54,028 nucleotides of DNA from Candidatus Woesearchaeota archaeon (GTDB lineage Archaea; Nanobdellota; Nanobdellia; SCGC-AAA011-G17; PNOQ01): positions 2,618 to 56,645 of the forward strand of contig CAYPAI010000002.1 in assembly GCA_964408705.1 (NCBI GenBank), read 5' to 3'. Shown piece after piece: positions 9,601 to 18,366 of the stretch. Under the pieces are notes generated by a model. It did no database searches. It was not told the DNA's origin and worked only from the letters and a program-made list of their open reading frames with translations. The first letter of the stretch is position 1; every line of letters starts with the position of its first letter. A program made the position numbers and the translations under genes.

Positions 9601-10529
9601 TTCCCTATATATTTTGAGTATATACTTAATGCTCTATTTTTTGTTTTTGCTTTTATCATTACTTTATTTTTAAAAAAAGTTATATCTTTGTAAATGAATG
9701 ACTTTCCTAAATCTTTTGAATTTGAATATTTCTTTTTTAATTGATCATAGTTAAAATTTCCATATATCAAATATGTATCTTGTCCACAAAAAGAAATTAC
9801 TTCTTGTTTATTTTTTCCATTTAAATATTCAAAGTTCTTGTTACAAGCTGGACATTTTTTATTCTTCTTTATTTTAATTTTTTCTAATTTATTTTCTTTT
9901 AAATTTAAAAAAAGTAGATTTCTTTCATAATTATCTTTTATTAATATTTTAATGGTTTCACTTACTTGTAAGGAGGAAATTAATGTAGAAATTGTATTCA
10001 TTACTCCAGAACTTTCACAAGTTTCAAGATTTTTTGTTTCCTTTATAAAGCATCTTAGACATGCTTTTTTAGGGATTATGTTATAGATATATCCTGAGTT
10101 TCTTATAACTGCAGAATAAATCCAAGGTATACTATTTTTTATTGAGTATTCATTTATTAAAAATCTTGTACTTAAATTATCTGTACAATCAATAATTATA
10201 TCTGCTTTTAATAAGTTAACATTGTTATAATCTAAATTATCAAAATATGATATTATATTTATTTTAGAATTTATTTTTTTTAGGTTTTTTTCCATAACTT
10301 CTGACTTAGCTTTACCTATATCTTTTTCTGTAAATAAGTGTTGTCTTTGAAGATTTGATTCTTCAATATAATCTCTGTCTATCAAAATTAGATTATTAAC
10401 TCCTGATCTCGTTAAAAGTTCTGCAGAAGAAGATCCAATTGCACCTAGTCCAACTATTGCAACTGTAGACTTACTTAGTTTTTTTTGTTTTTCTTTTCCT
10501 AAAATTTTTTCTTGTCTTGAATATCTCAT
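9597..10529 (-). CDS. ubaA: E1-like ThiF/MoeB/UbaA adenylyltransferase
   Basis: RYSRQ, GLGAIG, DRDYIEESNLQRQ, DCTDN, CLRC and CPAC Zn sites, catalytic-type Cys in ETCESSG. Confidence 0.9.
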   Translation of the reverse strand: MRYSRQEKILGKEKQKKLSKSTVAIVGLGAIGSSSAELLTRSGVNNLILIDRDYIEESNLQRQHLFTEKDIGKAKSEVMEKNLKKINSKINIISYFDNLDYNNVNLLKADIIIDCTDNLSTRFLINEYSIKNSIPWIYSAVIRNSGYIYNIIPKKACLRCFIKETKNLETCESSGVMNTISTLISSLQVSETIKILIKDNYERNLLFLNLKENKLEKIKIKKNKKCPACNKNFEYLNGKNKQEVISFCGQDTYLIYGNFNYDQLKKKYSNSKDLGKSFIYKDITFFKNKVMIKAKTKNRALSIYSKYIGN

Positions 10530-10755
10530 AGATTTTAGTTACCCTCAAATTTTTTAAGATTTTACTTTTTTGATTATTTTTATTATTTTGAAAAAATAAG
10601 ATATATAATATTGGGATTATACCTAGAGACTGAATAATTATCATGATTGTAAACCATAACTTTTGTTTATTTCTGGCTGCCCTCCATAGCCCCCAAGATT
10701 TCCAGGGTAAAGACCAAGCAATTGCTAAAATTATCCAAATATTATTCCAATCCAT
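10471..10755 (-). CDS. DUF5652-like small membrane protein
   Basis: AWSLPWKSWGLWRAARNKQKLWF...LGIIPILYI pattern; basic C-terminal extension overlaps ubaA by 59 nt. Confidence 0.7.
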   Translation of the reverse strand: MDWNNIWIILAIAWSLPWKSWGLWRAARNKQKLWFTIMIIIQSLGIIPILYILFFQNNKNNQKSKILKNLRVTKIYEIFKTRKNFRKRKTKKTK

Positions 10756-10792
10756 AAGTTTATTTTAAAGTTTATTTTTAAATACTTTACGC

Positions 10793-10990
10793 TTAGCCAC
10801 CTGAAATAACCGATAAAAATTTTACTTCATCTTTATCTTTTAGTTTAGAATCTTCTATAGCTATCTCATTGTTTATAGTTACCAAAAATTCATTTAGATT
10901 TATATCTAACTTATTTGCTAACTCTCTTATAGTTTTAGATTCTATTTCATGATTCTTATTTGTTCTTTCATTATATACTTTTATCTTCAT
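10793..10990 (-). CDS. ubiquitin-like sulfur carrier SAMP (ThiS/MoaD/Urm1 family)
   Basis: 65 aa beta-grasp pattern, LKDKDEVKFLSVISGG with C-terminal diglycine. Confidence 0.92.
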   Translation of the reverse strand: MKIKVYNERTNKNHEIESKTIRELANKLDINLNEFLVTINNEIAIEDSKLKDKDEVKFLSVISGG

Positions 10991-10997
10991 TTTAGTA

Positions 10998-11921
10998 TTA
11001 TTTACTCCTTATTTTTTCTGCATATATACATGTTTGGCACTTTTCTTTTGATGTTGGTTCACCACAGATTTCACAATCTTTTATTCCTTTATTTTCGATA
11101 GTATACTTCTTTTTTAGTTCAGGAAGAATTTCTAAAAAAGATTTTACAATTCCGTTTTTTGATCCTGAATAAACCTCTTCTAAGTTATTTATTAAATCTC
11201 TAAGTTTGGATCTATAATTTAAATGTGCATATGGACATTCATTAAAATCTGTAGATAATTTATTCAAATATGCATAAGTCATTATTTCCTTTTCCGTTAA
11301 AAAGTATAATGGTTTTATTCTCCTTATAAATTTCTTACTACTCGATAAACCATTTATCGGACCTAATCTTGCGGATACTGTTAAATTATTTCTAAATTGA
11401 TTCATCAGTATAGTTTGCGCTTCATCATCTAGGTTATGTCCTGTAGCTAATCTATTTATTTTTAATTCTTTTGCCTTAAAATTTAATAAATATCTCCTAA
11501 AAACACCACAAATACTACAAGGAATAGTATCTGTATTTTTTACAATTTTATCTAAATCCTTTCCAAAAGTTTCCTTATATGATGCTATATATAATTTAAT
11601 ATCATTATCTTTGCAATATTTATTTGCAAAATCTAATGTTTTATCTCTATATCCTTTAATTCCTTCATCTATAGCTATTGCTATTATCTTAGTTGTTCTT
11701 TGTTGTTTTGCTATTTTATTTAATATGTGTAATGTTGTCAGAGAATCTTTGCCACCAGATAATGCAACACCTAATAAATCTCCTTTATTAAAAAGTTTGT
11801 AATTTCTTACTGTCTTTTTTACTTTTCTTTCAAAATAATCTATAAAACATTTCTTACATAAAGTTATATGACTATTTGTTAATTTGATTACAGGTTTTTC
11901 CTTACATTTTTTACAAGTCAT
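10998..11921 (-). CDS. ncsA: tRNA 2-thiouridine synthetase NcsA/TtuA/Ctu1 (TIGR00269 type)
   Basis: N-terminal CxxC...CxxC, PP-loop SGGKDS, CSICGVFRR, GHNLDDEAQT, CPY, C-terminal CxxC...CxxC. Confidence 0.92.
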   Translation of the reverse strand: MTCKKCKEKPVIKLTNSHITLCKKCFIDYFERKVKKTVRNYKLFNKGDLLGVALSGGKDSLTTLHILNKIAKQQRTTKIIAIAIDEGIKGYRDKTLDFANKYCKDNDIKLYIASYKETFGKDLDKIVKNTDTIPCSICGVFRRYLLNFKAKELKINRLATGHNLDDEAQTILMNQFRNNLTVSARLGPINGLSSSKKFIRRIKPLYFLTEKEIMTYAYLNKLSTDFNECPYAHLNYRSKLRDLINNLEEVYSGSKNGIVKSFLEILPELKKKYTIENKGIKDCEICGEPTSKEKCQTCIYAEKIRSK

Positions 11922-13312
11922 TTTATTAATTTAGAAACATATGGACCCTCATCTTTGTAACCTAATTGGTCCCTATAATATTCCTTAACTCCTACCCCGG
12001 ATATTACAATTATTTTTTCACATTTACTTTCTTTTGCAATCTTTTCTACTTCTAACATTAATTTTTTACCTAACCCTTTGTGTTGGGCTTCATTTTTTGA
12101 ATCATCTTCTAATGCTATTTGTTTCCCATAAACATGTAACTCTCTAACAATCAATGTTCTGTCTGTTATCTCTTTTCTGTGTGGCTTGTAAGGAATTCTT
12201 GCCCTGCAAAGGCCCAACAAATAATTTTCAGATTCAAAAGATAAGAAAAATTCCTTACCTCCACTAGCATCATATTTCATTATCTTTAGTTTTGGAGTTT
12301 TAGTTACGTTCTTTTTTGCAAATCCAATTTCCCTACACCTTATACACTTACATTTAAGCCCCATCTTTTTCATTTTTTCTTCTAAATATAATCTAATATC
12401 TGTCCTTATTTTTCCATCGCTAATAGATTTTGGATTAAATTGTCTTAGAACTCTCATTATCCTACAATATTCTGGTACTTCTGATTTCATATGGCAAACT
12501 AAATCTAATAAATCTTCTTCATCATAAAGTTTGAATTCTCCTTTATTATATTGGATCTCCATTGGAGTATCTTTCATTATCTGTAAGGGGTATATTTTTA
12601 ATTGGTCCGGTTTAAAGTCTTGATTTTTAAATAATTCTTTAAATAATCTTAAGTCTTTCTTAATACTTGAACCTGGTAAGCCTGGCATTATATGATATCC
12701 TATTTTAAATCCTGCATCCTTTAATAATTGGGTAGATTTTACTACATCTGAGACAGTATGCCCTCTATTTGTTAAATCATAAACCTTGTCATCAATTAAT
12801 TGTACACCTAACTCAACCCTAGTACAACCTATGTCTAATAATCTGTCTATATGTTCTTCGAATGCCCAATCAGGTTTTGTTTCTATACATAATGCAACAC
12901 ACCTATTTTCTGCAGTTTCATTTATCTTTTTTGCTTCCTCTAAGGATTTTGCCTTAAAACCATTTAACCCATCATAAACTGATTTTGAAAAAGAATATTG
13001 ATAATCTACCGGATATGCCAAAAATGTTCCACCTAAATAAATAACTTCAACTTTACTTGTAGGATGACCCATATTTTTAAATGCGTTTAGTCTTTTTTGA
13101 ACTTGTATGTATGGATCATAAAGTAATTTACTAGCCCTCATTATTGCAGGACTCTGTTTAGTATAACTTTGAGGTGTTCCATCCTTAACCCCTCCTGGGC
13201 AATAAGTACATCGGCCATGTGGGCATGCATAAGGTTTACAAACTACAGTTAAAGGAGTTACTCCAGATTTTGTTCTTACAGGTTTTTTTATTCCAGTTAA
13301 ATTTTGAGTCAT
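11918..13312 (-). CDS. elp3: Elp3 radical SAM/KAT tRNA U34 carboxymethyltransferase
   Basis: CPHGRCTYCPGG, GGTF, ETKPD, VELGVQ, RELHVYG, QHKGLGKKL, ISGVGVKEYY. Confidence 0.96.
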   Translation of the reverse strand: MTQNLTGIKKPVRTKSGVTPLTVVCKPYACPHGRCTYCPGGVKDGTPQSYTKQSPAIMRASKLLYDPYIQVQKRLNAFKNMGHPTSKVEVIYLGGTFLAYPVDYQYSFSKSVYDGLNGFKAKSLEEAKKINETAENRCVALCIETKPDWAFEEHIDRLLDIGCTRVELGVQLIDDKVYDLTNRGHTVSDVVKSTQLLKDAGFKIGYHIMPGLPGSSIKKDLRLFKELFKNQDFKPDQLKIYPLQIMKDTPMEIQYNKGEFKLYDEEDLLDLVCHMKSEVPEYCRIMRVLRQFNPKSISDGKIRTDIRLYLEEKMKKMGLKCKCIRCREIGFAKKNVTKTPKLKIMKYDASGGKEFFLSFESENYLLGLCRARIPYKPHRKEITDRTLIVRELHVYGKQIALEDDSKNEAQHKGLGKKLMLEVEKIAKESKCEKIIVISGVGVKEYYRDQLGYKDEGPYVSKLIK

Positions 13313-13368
13313 TTTATAATAAAAAACCCTTAGATAATGTTTTTAAATATAACTAATTGACTTATTTT
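13313..13368. promoter_or_regulatory. short bidirectional promoter region between elp3 and the Trm9-like gene
   Basis: 56-nt intergenic region with a single central TTTTAAATA element (about 13341-13349) readable as TATA on both strands. Confidence 0.45.
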
Positions 13369-13983
13369 ATGAAAAATCAAAGTAGTGTTTGGGATTCGTT
13401 AGCTGAACAATGGAATAACTTTAGACCTAATCCATTTCCTAAAAAAATATATTTTTTATCTAGAACTTGGGAAAAGGGTAAAATATTGGATATTGGTTGT
13501 GGAAATGGACGTAATTTAGTATCTTTTGCTGAAAAAGACTTTGTTTGTGACGGTGTTGATTTTAGTATGGAGATGGTAAAAAACGCTAAATTGAAATTTG
13601 AAAAATTGGGTTTAAGAAGTAAGTTCCATATTTCTAATATGACTAATTTACCTTTTAAAAATAATAATTTTGATTATCTGATTTGTGTTGCTTCATTTCA
13701 TCATTTGAATAAATTTGACCAAGAAAAAGCTTTGAAAGAATTTAAGCGTATTTTAAAACCTAGTGGAAAAATGTATATTACTGTGTGGAATAAATGGCAA
13801 TCTAGGTTTTTGTTTGGAAAAAAAGAAGTTTTTATTCCTTGGAAAGTTAAAGATAAAATTTACCAAAGATATTATTATTTGTTTAACTATCTTGAGTTTA
13901 AGAATTTATTAAGTAAACATTTTAAAATTGAAGATTCTGAAGGTATTTTTGAAAAAAATATAGAAGTTATTGTTAAAAAATAA
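13369..13983 (+). CDS. class I SAM methyltransferase, Trm9/ALKBH8-like tRNA cm5U methyltransferase
   Basis: LDIGCGNGR motif I, VASFHHL, ITVW, EVFIPW, QRYYYLF and terminal NIEVIVKK match recalled Trm9 motifs (IAVVHHW, IYCW, DVFVPW, YRYYHLY, NWWVVAQKR); ATG 13369 preferred. Confidence 0.75.
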   Translation: MKNQSSVWDSLAEQWNNFRPNPFPKKIYFLSRTWEKGKILDIGCGNGRNLVSFAEKDFVCDGVDFSMEMVKNAKLKFEKLGLRSKFHISNMTNLPFKNNNFDYLICVASFHHLNKFDQEKALKEFKRILKPSGKMYITVWNKWQSRFLFGKKEVFIPWKVKDKIYQRYYYLFNYLEFKNLLSKHFKIEDSEGIFEKNIEVIVKK

Positions 13984-14725
13984 TTCTAGTTGGGCAATGG
14001 TCTGAGCCCATAACTTTTGATAAAATATCTGACTTTTTTATATTCTTCATAAATCTTTTTGAAATACCAAAATAATCTATACGCCAACCTATATTTCTGG
14101 ATCTGGCATTCATCCTATAACTCCAGTAAGTGTACTGCTCTGGCATTTTATTAAATTCTCTAAATGAATCTATAAATCCTGAATCAAATATTCTACTTAT
14201 CCCATTTATCTCTGGTTCTGTGTATCCTGCAGTTTTGTTATAATTTGACTTTGGATGTGCTAAATCTATAGCCTTATGTGCAACATTAAGATCACCACAA
14301 AAAATTACTGGTTTTTTCTTGTCTAATCTTTTTAAATATGAAAGAAAATCTTTATTCCATTTTATCCTATATTTTAATCTCTTAAGTTTTTGGCCAGAGT
14401 TTGGAGTATAAACGTTTACTAAATAAAATTTTTCTAATTCAAGAGTTATAACTCTTCCTTCATTATCGTGTTCTTTCTTTCCTATACCATATTTTACTGA
14501 TTTTGGCTCTTTTTTAGAAAATATTGCCGTACCTGAATATCCTTTTTTTTCTGCAGCATTCCAAAAATGATGTTTATATTGTGAAAGTATTTTATCGACT
14601 TGGTCTGGATGTGCTTTTGTTTCTTGAATACAAATTATATCTGGATTTTCCTTTTCTACAAACTTTTTGAAATTTTTCTTTAATATTGCCCTAATTCCAT
14701 TAACATTCCAAGATATTATTTTCAT
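13973..14725 (-). CDS. xth: exodeoxyribonuclease III / AP endonuclease
   Basis: MKIISWNVNGIRA, QETK, KKGYSG, EGRVIT, GDLNVAH, GWRIDYF, SDHCP; ATG 14725 preferred. Confidence 0.96.
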   Translation of the reverse strand: MKIISWNVNGIRAILKKNFKKFVEKENPDIICIQETKAHPDQVDKILSQYKHHFWNAAEKKGYSGTAIFSKKEPKSVKYGIGKKEHDNEGRVITLELEKFYLVNVYTPNSGQKLKRLKYRIKWNKDFLSYLKRLDKKKPVIFCGDLNVAHKAIDLAHPKSNYNKTAGYTEPEINGISRIFDSGFIDSFREFNKMPEQYTYWSYRMNARSRNIGWRIDYFGISKRFMKNIKKSDILSKVMGSDHCPTRIIF

Positions 14726-14865
14726 TGTGCTAACCATCTAATTGCATAACCAACAGTATTAATTGTGGTTTCTGATCTGTACAAAGCTATAGTAAATGCT
14801 ATTACTAAACATAGTGCCATAATCATAAATCTTACTTTCCTATCAATTATCACATGGTTATGCAT
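14722..14865 (-). CDS. small single-TM hypothetical protein, 47 aa
   Basis: Manually translated: MHNHVIIDRKVRFMIMALCLVIAFTIALYRSETTINTVGYAIRWLAQ; its TGA overlaps the xth ATG. Confidence 0.55.
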   Translation of the reverse strand: MHNHVIIDRKVRFMIMALCLVIAFTIALYRSETTINTVGYAIRWLAQ

Positions 14866-14894
14866 AATATTGTTTTTAAATTTCTAGTATTTAA

Positions 14895-15623
14895 TTATTT
14901 CTTTAATTTATTCACCATATAGTAAGCTACAACTATTAATGGTAAACTAACTAATTGTCCCCAAGTAAGTCCCAACATATAAGTATCTATGACTCTTAAG
15001 TATTCAACGAAAAATCTTAGTGTTGAGTAAATTAAAATAAACAACCAAAAGATAAACCCTCTCTTATATTTTCTTAGATTATATGTTTTAAATAGTATTA
15101 TAAAAATAAATATATTTTTTAGTGATTCATAAATTTGAGTTGGATGTCTTTTTCCTTCTACTCCTTGAAATTCTAAGCCCCAAGGTAGATTTGTTATGGG
15201 TCCATAAAATTCTGAGTTAAGAAAATTTCCTACCCTTCCTAAGGCTAGAGTTAATGCTAAAGGTACGACTAATATATCTGCAAAATCATAAAAATGTATA
15301 TCCTTTTTTTTACAGTAATAGGAAGTTGCTATAATTGCTCCTAAAAATCCCCCATGGAAAACCATTCCTCCATTCCATAATGCTAATATCTGGGATAAAT
15401 TTTCTGAATAAAAATACCAATTTCCTACTACATGGAATATTCTTCCGCCAATTATTGAGAATGGAATTAAATAAATAAAAAAGTCTTGCATATCTTCTTT
15501 TGAAATTTTTCTTGATTTAGCTAAAATTGGTGTAAACCAGTAAGCAAACATAAATCCAACAGCATAAAATATCCCATACCATCTAATTGAAAAATTTCCA
15601 ATCTGGAAAGCTATAGGGTCCAT
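14895..15623 (-). CDS. lgt: prolipoprotein diacylglyceryl transferase
   Basis: RWYG, IGGRIFHV, GGMVFHGG, GRVGNFLNSEFYG (Lgt signature), RHPTQIYE, YSTLRFFVEYLR. Confidence 0.93.
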   Translation of the reverse strand: MDPIAFQIGNFSIRWYGIFYAVGFMFAYWFTPILAKSRKISKEDMQDFFIYLIPFSIIGGRIFHVVGNWYFYSENLSQILALWNGGMVFHGGFLGAIIATSYYCKKKDIHFYDFADILVVPLALTLALGRVGNFLNSEFYGPITNLPWGLEFQGVEGKRHPTQIYESLKNIFIFIILFKTYNLRKYKRGFIFWLFILIYSTLRFFVEYLRVIDTYMLGLTWGQLVSLPLIVVAYYMVNKLKK

Positions 15624-16126
15624 AATCTCTTAATTCTTTCGTTGTTAATAAGGATTGTGCTTAATATCCCTGCTAAAATTGTTATTATTATAAACATATT
15701 TCTGAAATAGGTGAAAGGGTAGTCTTGAATAAGTTTTGAATCTATTGGGAGTAGCCAATTTGTCGAGTTAAATAAAACTAAATGAAAATAATAAAAGAAA
15801 TTCTCAAATAGTATTGCAAATATTATAAAAAATCCAGTAATTAATAACATTAATCTACCTGATAATTCTAGTTCTTTACTTTTTGGTTTTAATACTATTA
15901 GCATAAAAAGTAATAACATATTGAAGGTTATACTTTTTTTAACTAAATCTTTCACTTCATGCATATGTGTTATTTCTTTGTTAGTATAATCATTTGACAA
16001 ATCTTTTCCATTATAAAAAAAATTATTTAAATTTTTGTCCTTATGAATTTCAATTAAAAAAATACTATTCATTATAAGTAAAATTAAAAATAATGGGATA
16101 GTGGTTATGATTAATGTCCTTTTCAT
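15611..16126 (-). CDS. lit: DUF1461/TIGR01906 family, lipoprotein intramolecular transacylase Lit homolog
   Basis: EITHMHEVKDL (H54) and FENFFYYFHLVLFNSTNWLLPIDSKLIQDYPFTYF (H115) family motifs; multi-TM; overlaps lgt by 13 nt. Confidence 0.75.
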   Translation of the reverse strand: MKRTLIITTIPLFLILLIMNSIFLIEIHKDKNLNNFFYNGKDLSNDYTNKEITHMHEVKDLVKKSITFNMLLLFMLIVLKPKSKELELSGRLMLLITGFFIIFAILFENFFYYFHLVLFNSTNWLLPIDSKLIQDYPFTYFRNMFIIITILAGILSTILINNERIKRLWTL

Positions 16127-16144
16127 AAAACTTAGTTATAATTT

Positions 16145-16690
16145 TTATGTTATAATTTTTTCTGTTTTTATGAACTTAATTATTTCTTCTCTAACTTCAC
16201 CTATGCTCATGTATGTTGTATCTAATACTAAGTCATATTGTAGTTCATTCATACAATCTATGTTATAGTATTGACTGTATCTCACTTGATCTGAATTTTC
16301 TCTTTCTATTAGTGATGCTATTGCGTCACCTAAATCTCTAAATTTTTCTTCAGTTCTTTCATCAGTATAAACTCTTTCAGCCCTTGTTCTTAGATGTGCC
16401 TTTAAAAAAATTTTTATTGAATGAGGAATAAAATAATAACTTAATCTTCCATCTACTATAAAATTACTTTCTTTTTTTGATAATTCTTTTTGATACTCAT
16501 CAACTTGTTTATCTGTAAAATCTCTTTTTTCTCCTAACTTATTTAATTCTGCTATTGTTATGTCCCTATCTCTAGCCATCTTTCTTCTAAGGTCACCCAT
16601 AGAATAATGTTTTAGATTCAAAAAACCAGATATTTCTTTTGCTACACTACTTTTTCCTGATCCGGCTTGTCCAGATATAGAGATTATCAT
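16145..16690 (-). CDS. cmk: cytidylate kinase (archaeal type)
   Basis: ISISGQAGSGKS, DKQVD, VDGRLS, KIFLKA, RAERV, LVLDTT. Confidence 0.9.
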   Translation of the reverse strand: MIISISGQAGSGKSSVAKEISGFLNLKHYSMGDLRRKMARDRDITIAELNKLGEKRDFTDKQVDEYQKELSKKESNFIVDGRLSYYFIPHSIKIFLKAHLRTRAERVYTDERTEEKFRDLGDAIASLIERENSDQVRYSQYYNIDCMNELQYDLVLDTTYMSIGEVREEIIKFIKTEKIIT

Positions 16691-16753
16691 TTTTTTATTA
16701 ACAATATATCAATTTAAAAAAATTTATATAGTGAATTTTTATACTTTATTGAT

Positions 16754-17026
16754 ATGGATAAAATAACTAAAAATAAATTAGAGAAATATTTCAATATTAC
16801 TCAAAAAGCCTATGACATGGCTAAGGATAATATAGGTAATAAAAAATATGCAGATGATTTTTTAGATATGATCTCTAGGTATATTTCAGATGCAAAACAC
16901 TTTTATAAAAATAAGGATATGGTTAATGCATTTGCAGCGATAAATTATGCACATGGATGGTTAGATGCTGGTGCACGTGCAGAAATTTTTAAAGTAAATG
17001 ATTCTACCTTATTTACTGTCGATTAA
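16754..17026 (+). CDS. DUF357 family protein
   Basis: YISDAKHF..KDMVNAFAAINYAHGWLDAG. Confidence 0.88.
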   Translation: MDKITKNKLEKYFNITQKAYDMAKDNIGNKKYADDFLDMISRYISDAKHFYKNKDMVNAFAAINYAHGWLDAGARAEIFKVNDSTLFTVD

Positions 17027-17573
17027 ATTTTGGATACCAGTCAGCTAGCATTCTATCTATTTTCATGTGAAAATCAGTTAGTTCCTTATTATTATTAATC
17101 ACTAGGTCTGCCATTCTTGTTACTAAGTGCAATTGTTGATCCGTACTAACTTCACTTTGTTCTAATCTTTCTTTTTGGATAAACTCTTCAAAGGTTATTG
17201 GATCTCCCTTTCTTCCCCTTCTCACAAGTCTATCAAATCTTGATTCAATTGGAGCTATGATATTAATTAAAATAAAATTTTCTCTTTTTTTAAATTCGCT
17301 AACTTCTTCTTTGTTTCTTATTGATGTGATAACATAATCTTTATTTTTTTTAATTTTACTTAAAATTCTTTTAGATAATTCTGCAGAACCATTCTTTCTT
17401 CTTATTTCGTTTCCAGCATCTATCAAATTCTTTCTTGTTGCCCTTTTTTTATTTTTTTTAAGATATTTTCTAATTTCATCAGATAATGATAAATGGGTAA
17501 ATCCTTCTCTTTCTAAAAACCTTGCAAACTCATCTTTTCCAGATCCATAGTATCCCGTTACTCCAAATATCAT
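17013..17573 (-). CDS. P-loop kinase, dephospho-CoA kinase-like (COG0237 type)
   Basis: GVTGYYGSGKD, LSDEIR, SIRNKEEV, RFDRLVRRGR, ADLVINN. Confidence 0.75.
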   Translation of the reverse strand: MIFGVTGYYGSGKDEFARFLEREGFTHLSLSDEIRKYLKKNKKRATRKNLIDAGNEIRRKNGSAELSKRILSKIKKNKDYVITSIRNKEEVSEFKKRENFILINIIAPIESRFDRLVRRGRKGDPITFEEFIQKERLEQSEVSTDQQLHLVTRMADLVINNNKELTDFHMKIDRMLADWYPKFNRQ

Positions 17574-17655
17574 AAAAATGTAACTTCAATAAAGCTTAAA
17601 AGAATACCTAAAATAAGGTAAATTTTAAAAATAGTAAAACTTAGTTTTATTTATA

Positions 17656-18324
17656 ATGAAAAAAGTTGTGATAAGTCTTGGAGGTTCCGTTATAGTTCCA
17701 GATAAGGTAGATTATAACTATTTACTGAAGTTAAAAAAAGCTATTTCTACATTCTATAAAACAAATAAATTGGTAATTATAACTGGAGGAGGTAGTACTG
17801 CAAGAAAGTATATGGATCTAAAAAGATTTGATTATAAAACTAAAAGTTTAATTGGTATAGCTTCTACTAAGTTAAATGCAAGACTAGTTTCTGGAATATT
17901 TAATAAGAAAGAACCAATTCCTGAAACTGTAAATCAGGTTAAGAAATCTCTAAAAAAGTCTAACTTAGTTATATGTGGTGCCTTGGGGATGAAACAAAAT
18001 AGCACTACAGATGGTAACGCTGCAGAAATAGCTGATTCTATAAATGCAAACTTATTCATAAATATGACAAATATCAAAGGTCTTTATGATAAAGATCCTA
18101 ACAAGTATTCTAGCTCAAAATATATTCCTACCATCTCATTTAAGGACTTTAATGAAATTGCAAGCAAAATTAAATTTAAAGCTGGACAACATTTTGTTCT
18201 TGACCAATATGCTGCTAATCTAATCTATAAAAAGAAAATAAAAACCATTATTATTAATCAAAATTTGAATAATCTAAATAAAGTACTAAATGATAAAAAA
18301 TTTATTGGTACTGTAATAAGTTAA
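17656..18324 (+). CDS. pyrH: UMP kinase (archaeal type)
   Basis: VISLGGS, ITGGGSTARKY, TTDGNAA, NIKGLYDKDP, GTVI. Confidence 0.92.
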   Translation: MKKVVISLGGSVIVPDKVDYNYLLKLKKAISTFYKTNKLVIITGGGSTARKYMDLKRFDYKTKSLIGIASTKLNARLVSGIFNKKEPIPETVNQVKKSLKKSNLVICGALGMKQNSTTDGNAAEIADSINANLFINMTNIKGLYDKDPNKYSSSKYIPTISFKDFNEIASKIKFKAGQHFVLDQYAANLIYKKKIKTIIINQNLNNLNKVLNDKKFIGTVIS

Positions 18325-18366
18325 TTAATCAAAAATTATATAATCTTAATAGTATATTAATTTTTT

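Noticed and set aside
14895-16126. lit-lgt as bacterial contamination
   Set aside because: Tightly packed with an archaeal-type cmk (18-nt gap) and with the same AT-rich codon style as its neighbours; read-level confirmation is still advisable
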